A stretch of 61,707 nucleotides of DNA, counting the filler, from Actinomycetota bacterium (GTDB lineage: Bacteria; Actinomycetota; Actinomycetes; JAKEEW01): NCBI GenBank assembly GCA_046725875.1. It is 6 parts of 6 records of this genome, joined end to end, with 100 filler letters (N's around TTAATTAATTAA, not from the genome) between each part and the next. Parts side by side here need not be neighbours in the genome. Positions count along the whole stretch, not along the records: positions 46,978 to 53,883 come from JBKOZJ010000158.1; positions 53,984 to 61,707 come from JBKOZJ010000160.1; 4 more parts are not named here. One strand, 5' to 3'. The notes beneath the pieces are model-generated. The model was not told the DNA's origin, did not search any database, and worked only from the letters and a program-made list of their open reading frames with translations. Position numbers and translations under genes: made by a program. Below, one piece after another: positions 50,875 through 60,268 of the stretch. Position 1 is the first letter of the stretch; every line of letters begins with the position of its first letter.

Positions 50875-51400
50875 GACCTGTTTGACGGCGAGGACGGCAT
50901 GGAGGCTGGCGCCGTCGTGGGCGCCGAGGCTGGCGTGGACGGGCACCTCATCCCCGATAGCGAGATGTACGACGTTGCCGACTCCATCGCCCCGGCACCG
51001 CCGCGGCCATGGCTCTTATCGAGCACCTGTGGACCGGCCCGCTCCGGGATGCAATCGCCCGCGCCGGCGGTATCCCCGGTCAGCGACTCCTGGGTACATC
51101 CCCTCGTCCTCGTCGACCCGGACATGCTCATCGGGTTGCTGGGCGTCTCTGCGGTCCTGACCGGCCTGCTGCGGGTGCTGGGCGGGTTCGCTGCCGAGGA
51201 GCGGTTGGGGCACCGCTGGACCCTCGGCGGCATCGTGCTCGGCACGTTGGAGGTCGCGCTTGGCGTGTTGCTGCTATTGACGACTGAGGTCGAACCTGGG
51301 CTGCTCGCGCCGATCGCCGCCGCCTGGGGTGCGGTCAGCGGCCCTGCTGCTGGCCCAAGGGCTACGGCTGCGCCGCTTCGCGCGCACCTGGCAGTTATCG
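50875..51400 (+). pseudogene. Chimeric remnant: DUF6325-like fragment fused to an HdeD-like membrane-protein fragment
   Basis: GEDGMEAGA...DVADSIAP / MALIEHLWTGPLRDAIARAGG (cf. 38701-39165), then LTGLLRVLGGF...LGTLEVALG...AAAWGAVSG. Several frameshifts; boundaries approximate. Confidence 0.6.
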
Positions 51401-51437
51401 GGCACGCCGCCCCAAGATCCTTAGCCGGCCGGAACGT

Positions 51438-51827
51438 TCACCCTGGTCCGTCGCCGACGCTGGCTGCTGCGTCCCGCGGCTTCTCCGTCGAGCCGCGGCG
51501 CCAGGGCAGGGCCCCCTCCAGCTCGATCTCCAGGGAGAAGCTGAGGAACGTTCGGACCAGGACGACCAGCCCGAGCGTGAGGGCGCTGTCGATCGTGGGA
51601 TCGACGGTGATCGTCTGCACGATGTCAGCGATGATTAAGACCTCCAGGCCCAGGAGAATCGCCCAGCCGACATCCTGTCGGGCGCGCTCGTAGGCGGCCC
51701 GGCGGCCGACTCGGCGAATCGCGGCCGCCGCAGACACGAAGGCCAGGAGCGAACCCACCACCAAGATCGCCACCCCGACGATCTCGAACCCCTGGACGAC
51801 CCGCTCCATCGTGTCGTGAAAGTCCAC
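51438..51827 (-). CDS. DUF1622-domain membrane protein
   Basis: AILLGLEVLIIADIVQTI...LGLVVLVRTFLSFSLEIE. AGGAG RBS precedes the GTG. Confidence 0.88.
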   Translation of the reverse strand: MDFHDTMERVVQGFEIVGVAILVVGSLLAFVSAAAAIRRVGRRAAYERARQDVGWAILLGLEVLIIADIVQTITVDPTIDSALTLGLVVLVRTFLSFSLEIELEGALPWRRGSTEKPRDAAASVGDGPG

Positions 51828-52050
51828 CGGAGATCTCCTAGCCTGGTCGCAGTCAACGTTGCGCCGCCGGATGATGTGCCGCTGGCAGGACAACCACGAT
51901 CATCGGGAGGATGTCCCGAGTTCCGTGGAACTTCGGTTGCCCGCTCGGTGTGCGTAAGACTGCGTCGACGCTTTCAGTTTGGCGGCTCGCCGACCCCGCT
52001 GCGGCTTGTTATGCGCGCTGGACATGTGATTAGCGTAGGGACGGTTTACA

Positions 52051-52081
52051 GCCAGGCCCGCCGGCCTTCCGCTTTTCAGGC
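52051..52081 (-). other. Degenerate fragment of tRNA-Phe(GAA) 3' half; att-like remnant
   Basis: Minus strand reads GCCTGAAAAGCGGAAGGCCGGCGG-G-CCTGGC: anticodon loop CTGAAAA, variable region, 5' T stem and acceptor strand, with the T loop deleted. Confidence 0.5.
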
Positions 52082-52191
52082 TCACGAGACAACGGGTGCT
52101 TTGTGTTTCGGCGGGGCAGCGCCGCTGGGAAGATCCGTGTAGGTTCCCTGCTGTCTGTGGCGGTTGGCGACACTGCGGGGCATCCGCGCCG

Positions 52192-52311
52192 CTATACGTC
52201 CTCAAAGAAGTCTTCGTCGACTCGCTTTATGACATATGTCTCCCGGTCCTGCGCACCAATATTGTGATCCACCATCAGGCCCGCGAGCGTTTGCCCATCT
52301 ATGAGGACCAG
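52192..52311 (-). pseudogene. mrr: Mrr-family restriction endonuclease, C-terminal fragment
   Basis: LVLIDGQTLAGLMVDHNIG...TYVIKRVDEDFFEDV*. Homology ends at the IS21 terminus. Confidence 0.8.
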
Positions 52312-53147
52312 TGTCCGTGGCCATGAAAAAGTCCCCGCTGGTGGCCAGGTGTAGGTCCCCGTTGCTGGCCGGTTAGAAGTCCCCGCTCCTCGCGTGTCGT
52401 GTCCGGGCTGTGGGCCCTGCGCGGTGACGGTGTCGGTGTCAGCCAGATCACTGATCACCGCACAGGGGCCTCTATTGAAGAACGCGAGGGAACGGATGGA
52501 CGTATTGGCCGCCTACCGGGATGTGGGCAGCTATCGGGGTGCCGCGGCGATCTGCGGCACGACCCACAAAACGGTGAAGCGGATCGTCGAACGGCATGAG
52601 GCTGGTGGTGTCGCCGCGCAGCGGACGGCCCGTGGCCACAACTATGACGACGTCGCGCGGTTGGTCGCCGAGCGGGTGACCAAGACACAGGGACGGATCT
52701 CGGCGAAGCGACTGTTGCCGGCCGCGCGTGCCGCCGGCTACTCGGGGTCGGCGCGGAACTTCCGGCGCCTGGTGGCCACGGCGAAGCGGCCGGCAGGGCA
52801 ATCATCGCGGCCGCCGACCGGCGGTGTGGACACCGGGCGACACGTTGGTCATCGACTGGGGTGTCGAGGGCGGGCTGCACGTGTTCTGCGCAGTACTGGC
52901 GTGGTCGCGGTTCCGGTTCGTGCGGTTCGCCGCTGACGAGAAGGCCGGGACAACCCTGGCGCTGCTGGCCGAGTGCTTCGAGGTTCTCGGCGGGGTTCCC
53001 AAGACGGTGCTCGCCGATCGGATGGGCTGCCTGAAGGCGGGGGTGGTTGCCAACGTTGTGGTGCCCACGGCCGAGTACGTGCGGTTCGCGACTCACTATG
53101 GGTTCCGGCCGGACTTCTGCCAGGGCAACGATCCGGAGTCGAAAGGG
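52312..53147 (+). mobile_element. istA: IS21-family element, left end plus frameshifted and truncated istA
   Basis: 5'-TG end and three 24-bp repeats. TTG at 52475 gives LKNARERMDVLAAYRDVGSYR..., frameshift near 52790, LVIDWG, VLADRM, DPESKG, then cut by IS6. No istB. Confidence 0.88.
52317..52388 (+). repeat. Three 24-bp subterminal repeats of the IS21 left end
   Basis: GTGGCCATGAAAAAGTCCCCGCTG / GTGGCCAGGTGTAGGTCCCCGTTG / CTGGCCGGTTAGAAGTCCCCGCTC. Confidence 0.85.
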
Positions 53148-53883
53148 GGGTCTGTTGCATTGGCCGATCGCGACGCACGCGGAGCGGGGCGTCTCGGCGG
53201 CGTCGCACTCAGATTGCGGTGGCCAGTTGGCGGAATGCGATGGGGAGTCGCCGCCCGGCCGGCTCATCGGTGGCGATCTCATAGTGCCCGCGGCACAAGT
53301 TCTGCACGAACGCGTGCCCCGCGGCGAGTATCCGCAGCCCGGTCATCGTCTTGATCCCACGCATCGGACGCAGCCGGCGTTTCAGCTGGGCGTGGTCGGC
53401 CTCCACCCGGTTATTGGCGTACCGCTCGACGTGATGCCAGACCGCCGGCCACAACTCGTCCAGGACCCGCGGATGTGTGGGCGCCCGGTCGGTGACGACC
53501 TCGACCGGGACCACACCGCTGGTGGTCTTAGCGTGCTGGAAGAACCGGCGGGCCGCGTCGGTGTTCCGCCGACCCGACGCGTACACGTCGATGACCTGCC
53601 CATACTGGTCGACCGCCCGGTACAGGTACACCCACCGGCCGGCCACTTTGACGTAGGTCTCGTCCACGTGCCACCGGTCGCCGACCCGGTGCCGGGCGAA
53701 CCGAGCCGCGTCGGCCAGCAACGGCGCGAACCGCTGCACCCACCGGTGCACAGTGACGTGATCCACGTCGATGCCACGCTCGGCCAGCAGCTCCTCCACG
53801 TCGCGATAGGACAGCCCGAACCGCAGATACCAGCGCACCGCCAGCACGATCACATCCGGCGGGAACCGGAAGCCCGCGAACGC
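53148..53883 (-). mobile_element. IS6-family element, 3' part: DDE transposase and terminal IR
   Basis: AVRWYLRFGLSYRDVEELL, WHVDETYVKV, YLYRAVD, VTDRA, NNRVEADH; stop at 53209. IR GGGTCTGTTGCATTG at 53148-53162. Confidence 0.95.
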
Positions 53884-53983
53884 NNNNNNNNNNNNNNNNN
53901 NNNNNNNNNNNNNNNNNNNNNNNNNNNTTAATTAATTAANNNNNNNNNNNNNNNNNNNNNNNNNNNNNNNNNNNNNNNNNNNN
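53884..53983. other. Artificial contig linker
   Basis: N-TTAATTAATTAA-N, 100 nt. Confidence 0.98.
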
Positions 53984-54069
53984 GACACCGCCGCGACGAG
54001 GACCAGGCCCACGGCGGCTGCGCGCTCCCGGCTAACGGGCGGCCGCAGCCCGCCGACGTCCCGGTTCAT
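53984..54069 (-). CDS. Start of a probable membrane protein (EamA/RhtA-like), cut by the linker
   Basis: MNRDVGGLRPPVSRERAAAVGLVLVAAV; only 28 codons are visible. Confidence 0.35.
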
Positions 54070-54228
54070 CCCGCGAAATCTACAACAGGCGGCGATCCGC
54101 GACCGGTTCCGTGCTCGTCACGAACCGCACATGATCGGCCTCCTCGGTGAAAGGAACCGGGCACCGACCGGCCTCATCTCGGACTGCGCATCGCATTGAC
54201 CGGCGCCGCTGCGGGCTGGCGTCGCCGG

Positions 54229-54654
54229 TCAGACCCCGAGGAGGGGGTAGTCAGACGTGGCGAGCTTACGGAATTGGGCAAGCGGGTCCGGAACGAGTCT
54301 TCGGCTGGTCAGATCCAAGAGCCCACAGAGGGCCGTCAGTTCGGCCACCAGCGCGCCGCCCGGGCCGCGGAAGTGCTGCTCGATGATGAAGGTCTTGCCT
54401 CCCTGCGGACGGAACTCGCATGAGACGTCGACGTCGTCGCCACCGCGCAGCTCGCGCCGGTAGCGGATCGTGGTTTCGAGCGCGACTGGTCCGACTCCCG
54501 ATTCGATGAGCTTGTCCTGTGTGATGCCGGCGGCCCGCAGGAATTCCCAGCGCGCGTGCTCGGCGTATTGCAGGTAAACGGCTTGGTTGAGATGTCCCTG
54601 CGTGTCGAGCTCGTATCCGCGCACTTTGATGCGCACCTGGAACGGCTCGGCCAC
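54229..54654 (-). CDS. Hot-dog-fold acyl-CoA thioesterase (YbgC/FadM family)
   Basis: VRGYELDTQGHLNQAVYLQYAEHAR. Confidence 0.9.
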   Translation of the reverse strand: MAEPFQVRIKVRGYELDTQGHLNQAVYLQYAEHARWEFLRAAGITQDKLIESGVGPVALETTIRYRRELRGGDDVDVSCEFRPQGGKTFIIEQHFRGPGGALVAELTALCGLLDLTSRRLVPDPLAQFRKLATSDYPLLGV

Positions 54655-54701
54655 CGCGTCCTCCGCAGCTCGGGACCCGAAACGGCATCAGCCTATCCAG
54701 G

Positions 54702-56084
54702 TCAGACCGGCGGCCGTTCATAGCCGCCGACCACGTTCGCCAGCAGGTCGGCGAACGTAATCGCCGTATCGTCCGCATACATCGGGCCCAGGATCTGCAC
54801 ACCGACGGGTAGACCCGCTCCGGTGCGGCCAATCGGTGCCGCCACGGCCGGCAGCCCGGCCACGGCTGCATGGGCCGTCCAGAACGGCTGGAGGTCGTAG
54901 CGCCGCGCGCCGTCCGAGGTCTGGACGAGCCGCTCCTCGATGGGCCGCGAGTCGTACGGGAACGCCGCGGTGAAGTTGACCGGGCAGAGAAATACGTCGA
55001 CATCAGCGAAGTGCCGCTGCCAGGCGGCCCGCAGCGCAATCCGCCGGTTCTCGTGCGCGACGATGTCTTCTCCGGTCGGCGCTCGCGTACCAGGCTCTAC
55101 GAACGCGAAGAACAGGCCCAGATGATGGCCGAATGACCGGTACGACGCCATCGGGTCTATGTCTGCCGGCCAGCCCTCCACGATGGTTGCGCCGGCTTTG
55201 GCGAGCGCATCCAGCACGCCAGATAGTTGTTCGGCAACGTCGCTAACCACTGGGGCAAAGGAATGGTCGAGCACCACGCCGACGCGGAAGTCTGCGAGTC
55301 GGTCATGTCGTGGCGGGGGGAGTCTCCACTCGTACGCGGCGGCGGCCGGGCCCTCCGGCCCACCGGTGACTTGTAGCGCGACGCGAAGGTCGCGCGCCGA
55401 CCTGACGAGTGGGCCCGCGCTGGACATGTAGGTCATGTCACCCGGCTCGATGCGCGGCCCAGGGGGCTGGAGGCCGGTGAGCGAGACGATCCGTGCGGTT
55501 GGCCGCAACCCGTAGACTCCGCAGAAGGCCGCCGGGATTCGGATCGACCCAACCAGGTCGGTTCCGTAGTCCAGGAACGTCAGTCCGGCCGCAACGGCTG
55601 CCGCGCCGCCGCCGGTCGACCCACCCGGGGTGCGCGAGGTGTCCCACGGGTTTGCTGTTCGGCCGAAGACGGGATTCTCGGTCTGGCCGAAGTCGCCGAG
55701 CATGAAGGCAACGTTCGACTTGCCGACGATGATCGCTCCGGCGCGCTGGAGCCGACCGACGACGGTCGCATCCCAGTCCGTGACCGCATCCTTGAATTCC
55801 GGGTTTCCCCAGGTCGTAGCCATCCCCGCGACATGGAAGGCGTCCTTCACGGTGATAGGCACGCCGTGGAGCGGCCCGAGCTCTGCACCGGCTGCGACCG
55901 CCGCGTCGGCCGCGCTGGCCTGCTCGCGGGCCTTCTCGAGTTGTGGCTGGACCACCGCGTTGATATCGGGGTTCACCGCATCGACGCGGTCGAAGGTGAG
56001 GTCGACCAGCTCCCGAGCGGAAACCTGCCGACTGCGGATCAACGAGGCGACTGTTGTCGCGGACTGAAACAACTCCTGAGTCAC
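54702..56084 (-). CDS. Amidase-signature family enzyme
   Basis: GPLHGVPITVKD, PGGSTGG, GTDLVGSIRIPA, GLPVGVQ. Confidence 0.93.
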   Translation of the reverse strand: MTQELFQSATTVASLIRSRQVSARELVDLTFDRVDAVNPDINAVVQPQLEKAREQASAADAAVAAGAELGPLHGVPITVKDAFHVAGMATTWGNPEFKDAVTDWDATVVGRLQRAGAIIVGKSNVAFMLGDFGQTENPVFGRTANPWDTSRTPGGSTGGGAAAVAAGLTFLDYGTDLVGSIRIPAAFCGVYGLRPTARIVSLTGLQPPGPRIEPGDMTYMSSAGPLVRSARDLRVALQVTGGPEGPAAAAYEWRLPPPRHDRLADFRVGVVLDHSFAPVVSDVAEQLSGVLDALAKAGATIVEGWPADIDPMASYRSFGHHLGLFFAFVEPGTRAPTGEDIVAHENRRIALRAAWQRHFADVDVFLCPVNFTAAFPYDSRPIEERLVQTSDGARRYDLQPFWTAHAAVAGLPAVAAPIGRTGAGLPVGVQILGPMYADDTAITFADLLANVVGGYERPPV

Positions 56085-56507
56085 AGCAGCCTCCAGCTGT
56101 GCTATGCGGTGGGCGCCCCGACTGTCGCCGTAGACGGGGGTCGAGCTCGTCGACGAGCGGCACGCGTCCTACGCACATATGACGTACGTTCCCTGCTCCA
56201 GTCATCGGAGCCGACGGTGGGGGCGGTTGCTAGATCGAGCGGAGAGGGCTCGCTACGCGGCCCAGCCGCTCCCGCAGGCAGCGGGATCCGCCATCGCCAA
56301 GGACAGACTCGACCGCGCGTCGCCTGGTGATTTAACGGTGGACCATGACCAAGAAGATCAGGACAGATTCGAAGATCAAAGGACCGTCACATTGACGAAT
56401 CGGCATCTACATTCGACGGGGCGGTCACCTGATCTTCGGAACTGCTGATCGTTTTCGAGCTCACGGTCCACTACTGGCAGCACCGCCCCGACGGTCAGGA
56501 AATCTGG

Positions 56508-56816
56508 CTAGTCGAAGAGCTCCTCGAAGAAGCTCTTGCGCCGCTTCTTGTTGGGGTAGGGCTGATGCCTGTCGTCGGGCTGCGGATACGGCGGTTGCTC
56601 GGGATAGGACCGCTGTGGTTGGTGATGGGACTCCTGCGGCTGCGGAGCCTGCCGCGGCTGCTGCCCGGCCCAAGCGGCCTCAGCGTCGACCAGCCGCTCG
56701 AGCTCTCCGCGGTCGAGGAAGATCCCTCGACACTCGGTGCATTGGTCGACTGTCACGTTGCTGCGCTAGTAGCTTCGCATTTGCCCGTGGCATTTAGGGC
56801 ACACCAGATCGTTCAT
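56508..56816 (-). pseudogene. Zn-ribbon (zf-TFIIB) protein with an in-frame TAG
   Basis: MNDLVCPKCHGQMRSY*RSNVTVDQCTECRGIFLDRGELERL...KSFFEELFD. TAG at 56768-56766. Confidence 0.8.
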
Positions 56817-56851
56817 CGGACCCAATCTAGCGGCGACGCGAGCCGGCAGCC

Positions 56852-57940
56852 CTAGTCGATCTTGTTGCCGTTCTTGAGACCAAGGATTTCGGCGAGGTCG
56901 AAGTTGACCGGCTCCTCGAGTTGTTCGTACGTACAGGAGCGCGGGTCGCGGTCGGGACGCCAGCGGACGAACTGGGTGGTGTGCCGGAAGCGCGGTCCCT
57001 CCATGTGGTCGTAACGGACCTCGACGACACGGTCTGGTCGCAGCGGCGTGAACGACAGGTCCTTTCCGGCGTTCCAGCGGCTGAACTCGGCCTCTCGTGG
57101 CGTTCGGGTGCCCTCCTCCTGCTTGGCCCAGTTCCAAGGATGGTCCTCGAAGGTCGTGACCATCGGCTGGAGCTCTTTGAGCAGCGACCTTCGGGTGGCC
57201 ATCGGGAAGGCGCCGACGACTCCGGCGCTCGCGAGTTCACCGGTGTCGGTGTAGAGCCCGAGCAGGAGGGATCCGAGGGCATCCGGCCCGCTCTTGTGCA
57301 GGCGGTAGCCCGCAACCACGCAATCAGCCGTCCGCTCGTGCTTGACCTTGAGCATCACCCGCTTGTCCGGTTGATAGGTTCCGTCGAGCGGCTTTGCCAC
57401 GATCCCGTCAAGTCCGGCGCCCTCGAACTCTTGGAACCAGCGCGCGGCAGTAGCACGATCGGTCGTCGCCGGTGTGATGTGAATTGGCGAGCCGGCGCCG
57501 GCAAGCGCATCCATCAGGGCGGCCCGGCGCTCCACGAAGGGCCGCTCGCAGTAGTCGATATCACCCAGCGCGAGCAGGTCGAAGGCGACGAAATGGGCCG
57601 GTGTTTGCTCTGCGAGCAGGTTCACTCGGCTTGCGGCCGGATGTATACGCAGCTGGAGGGTCTCGAAGTCCAGCCGGGTGTCCCCGGCGACGGGAATCAC
57701 GATCTCACCGTCGACGACCGAGCGTTCCGGCAGGTTCGCGCGGACCGCCTCGACGACCTCGGGGAAGTAGCGCGTCATCGGCCGCTCGTTCCGGCTGCCG
57801 ATCTCCACCTCGGCGCCATCCCGGAAGATGATCGACCGGAAGCCGTCCCACTTCGGCTCGAAGCTGAAGGCGCCGGTCGGAACGTCCTTTACCGCCTTCG
57901 ACAGCATCGGCGCGACTGGCGGCATGACGGGTAGGCGCAT
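56852..57940 (-). CDS. ligC: ATP-dependent DNA ligase, LigC type
   Basis: FEPKWDGFR, VDGEIV, GLDGIVAK, MLKVKH, RFRH...RWRPDRDPRSC. Confidence 0.93.
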   Translation of the reverse strand: MRLPVMPPVAPMLSKAVKDVPTGAFSFEPKWDGFRSIIFRDGAEVEIGSRNERPMTRYFPEVVEAVRANLPERSVVDGEIVIPVAGDTRLDFETLQLRIHPAASRVNLLAEQTPAHFVAFDLLALGDIDYCERPFVERRAALMDALAGAGSPIHITPATTDRATAARWFQEFEGAGLDGIVAKPLDGTYQPDKRVMLKVKHERTADCVVAGYRLHKSGPDALGSLLLGLYTDTGELASAGVVGAFPMATRRSLLKELQPMVTTFEDHPWNWAKQEEGTRTPREAEFSRWNAGKDLSFTPLRPDRVVEVRYDHMEGPRFRHTTQFVRWRPDRDPRSCTYEQLEEPVNFDLAEILGLKNGNKID

Positions 57941-57985
57941 CCACATATCTTGGCAGTGACCGTGTCTCCCAGCGACTGCCGGTGC

Positions 57986-58732
57986 TCACCGCCGGTGGTA
58001 ACGGGTAAAGAGGTGGCCGTCCTCCTCCATTACCTCGGTCAGCCGTAGCGGCAGCGGCTCGTGGTGCCCCCGCGACCAGCTCATGATCCGTGGCGCGTCG
58101 GGCCGGACTGCTAGTGCTGGGCTGATCGTTACGCAAAATTCGTCGACCAGGCCGGCGGCGGCCAGCTGCCCCAGCAGCCTCGGTCCGCCCTCGCAGAGGA
58201 TTCGCATCAGGCCACGTTCGGCCAGCGCAGCGACGGCCTCGCGAAGATCGACCGCACCTCTCCCCACCTCGATCACATCAACGAGCTCGTGAACCGTCGC
58301 TAGCCGGAGGAGCGGTGCGTCCATGGTGGTCACGATGATCGGCACCGGCCCGTCGGTGGCCTGGAAGAGCTCGGACCGGTAGTCGAAGTCGAGGCTCGCC
58401 GAGACGACGGCAAGGCGCGGGGCGGGGGATAGGCCGTGCATATTGCGCCACTGCGCCACCTCCGCCCGCGGCCGGGAGCGTTTGTACGCCTCCCGGCGGG
58501 CGGTTGCGGCGCCGACCAGGATGACATCGGACACGCCCTGCAGGGTGACAAGCAGGCGCCGATCGGCGGGGCCGGACAGGCCGCGCGAGCTGCCGCGAGC
58601 ATCGGTCGCCGCGCCGTCCACGCTTGCGATCATGTTGGCGCGTAGCCAGCGCCCACCGAAAGGGATCTCTGGATAGGCGTACGCGGTGACCAGATCGACG
58701 TTCTCCGCGTAGCTCGGGTAGAGCCGGCGCAC
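57986..58732 (-). CDS. RibD C-terminal/pyrimidine reductase family protein
   Basis: WLRANMIASVDGAA, DVILVGAAT, ILCEGGPRL. Confidence 0.9.
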   Translation of the reverse strand: MRRLYPSYAENVDLVTAYAYPEIPFGGRWLRANMIASVDGAATDARGSSRGLSGPADRRLLVTLQGVSDVILVGAATARREAYKRSRPRAEVAQWRNMHGLSPAPRLAVVSASLDFDYRSELFQATDGPVPIIVTTMDAPLLRLATVHELVDVIEVGRGAVDLREAVAALAERGLMRILCEGGPRLLGQLAAAGLVDEFCVTISPALAVRPDAPRIMSWSRGHHEPLPLRLTEVMEEDGHLFTRYHRR

Positions 58733-59283
58733 GGCGATCAGTGAACCATGAGGTTCTCCCGCTGCCAGCGGCAACTCCACTGCGGCCCCGTCGAGGCATT
58801 GTGCTGTCGGGTCAACGGGCTGGGCTAATGCCCCGCGGCGTCCCATCTGGCGCGATATAAGCAAAGCGCGCGGGAATCCGAGACGAGAGCAAGCGTCGTG
58901 CGGCGTCGCTCTGCAACAGATCGGGGTCTCCCTGCTTCAGAGTCATGGAGTGGGCGCCTGCAGAAGTCGCTCATTCGCCTCCGGTCTGTCCGCCAAGCTC
59001 ATCCTGTCCCTTTGCTGGCGGCTTGCTCGTGTTCGCGCTCGAAGCTATTGACCGGCCGACGGTGGCGAACTCATCGCCATCGCGCGAATCGGGACCGCAG
59101 CAACAGGACCTTCGGCAGGGAGGAGTCACGCTCCATTAGCGAGACCGAAGGCACCGATCGCCGGAGGTGGCGTCCGAAATCTGGTGCAAATCCATAGGCG
59201 TGGTTCCGGCTTCATGGTCAGGTTATGCATTGGTGTTGACAGGTTGGGGTTGGTCATCTGGCTGAGTGCGGTTGTGTTCTGTC

Positions 59284-60069
59284 TCAGCGGCGACGAGCAG
59301 TGACGATCCAGGCGCGAGAGTTGAACCAGACACCATCGTCGCTGAGGTGCCCGGCGAGCGCCTCGCGCAGACGCCGGGCCGCGCGTGCCGCAGCGGCGGG
59401 ATCCAGCCGCTTCAGTGTTTCACTGGTGCAGGCGAAGCCGCGGACCCAGTCGAGGGCTGCGGCCACGTCCGGACCGTAGTAGACCGGCTCGCGGACGTCG
59501 GTGAACGCGACGTCGGCGAACCCTGCAGACTCCAGGATCTCCTGCACGGTCGGCGGGTCGGCGAGCGAGAACGGATCTGGTCCCCCAGAAGCTACGGCCA
59601 CCGCTCCGTCGGGTCCTGCGAGGGATTGGTGGATGGCAACGTCCCACTCGTTGCGCTCGTGGGCCTGCCAGACCATCATCACCAGGCGCCCGGACGGGCG
59701 CAGCGCCCGCCTGATGTTGGCGAACGCGGCGCCGCGGTCGTCGAAGAACATCGTGCCGAACCTGCTGATTGCCAGGTCGAAGCGCTCCTCCGGAAAGCGG
59801 TAGACCTGAGCGTTAGCGTGCTCGAAGGTGACGTTGCGGATCCCCTCCGCCCGGGCGAGCTCTCGGGCGCGCTCGATCGCGGGCGCGGAGACATCGACCC
59901 CGAGCGCGCTCCCTGCCTGGGCCCTGCGCGCCGCCTCGCGGGTCGTCTGCCCGGTTCCGCACCCGATGTCGAGGACGTGGTCCTGGAGCTTGACGCCAAC
60001 GGCCGGGCGCAGTACCTCGTTGTGCCGCCGCAGTTCAGCGTCGTAGCCGCTGATGCCGGACGTAGCCAC
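59284..60069 (-). CDS. Class I SAM-dependent methyltransferase
   Basis: VLDIGCGTG, GVDVS, FDLAISRFGTMFF, LRPSGRL. AAGGAGG RBS. Confidence 0.9.
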   Translation of the reverse strand: MATSGISGYDAELRRHNEVLRPAVGVKLQDHVLDIGCGTGQTTREAARRAQAGSALGVDVSAPAIERARELARAEGIRNVTFEHANAQVYRFPEERFDLAISRFGTMFFDDRGAAFANIRRALRPSGRLVMMVWQAHERNEWDVAIHQSLAGPDGAVAVASGGPDPFSLADPPTVQEILESAGFADVAFTDVREPVYYGPDVAAALDWVRGFACTSETLKRLDPAAAARAARRLREALAGHLSDDGVWFNSRAWIVTARRR

Positions 60070-60231
60070 CCAGACCCTCCTTCGGCTGCTCAGATCCCGA
60101 TCGACACTCCCACCTGCCGTCGGGCAAACCACGTGCGTCGCCTCTTTTGCACCGGAGTTTGGACGCCACCTCGCCGGTCCCCATGCGGTAGGTGCGCGGG
60201 TGGTGAATCGCCTTCATGACTACACCAAATT

Positions 60232-60253
60232 TGTCGGTCGCGGCCGCTATATT
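60232..60253 (+). promoter_or_regulatory. PafBC/RecA-NDp-type DNA-damage promoter
   Basis: TGTCGG (60232-60237), N10, TA-TAT-T (60248-60253): exact match to TGTCGG-N10-TA-N3-T. Confidence 0.8.
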
Positions 60254-60268
60254 CGAACGTATGTTCAG
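60253..60268. promoter_or_regulatory. LexA SOS box overlapping the start codon
   Basis: TCGAAC-GTAT-GTTCAG versus the actinobacterial consensus TCGAAC-N4-GTTCGA. Confidence 0.7.

Noticed and set aside
52317..52388. 24-bp periodic repeats as a mini-CRISPR
   Set aside because: No unique spacers and no cas genes. Position at the IS21 end explains them as transposase-binding repeats.
58905..58922. CTGCAACAGATC resembling an IS6 inverted repeat
   Set aside because: Only about 9 nt match, with no partner IR or transposase remnant.
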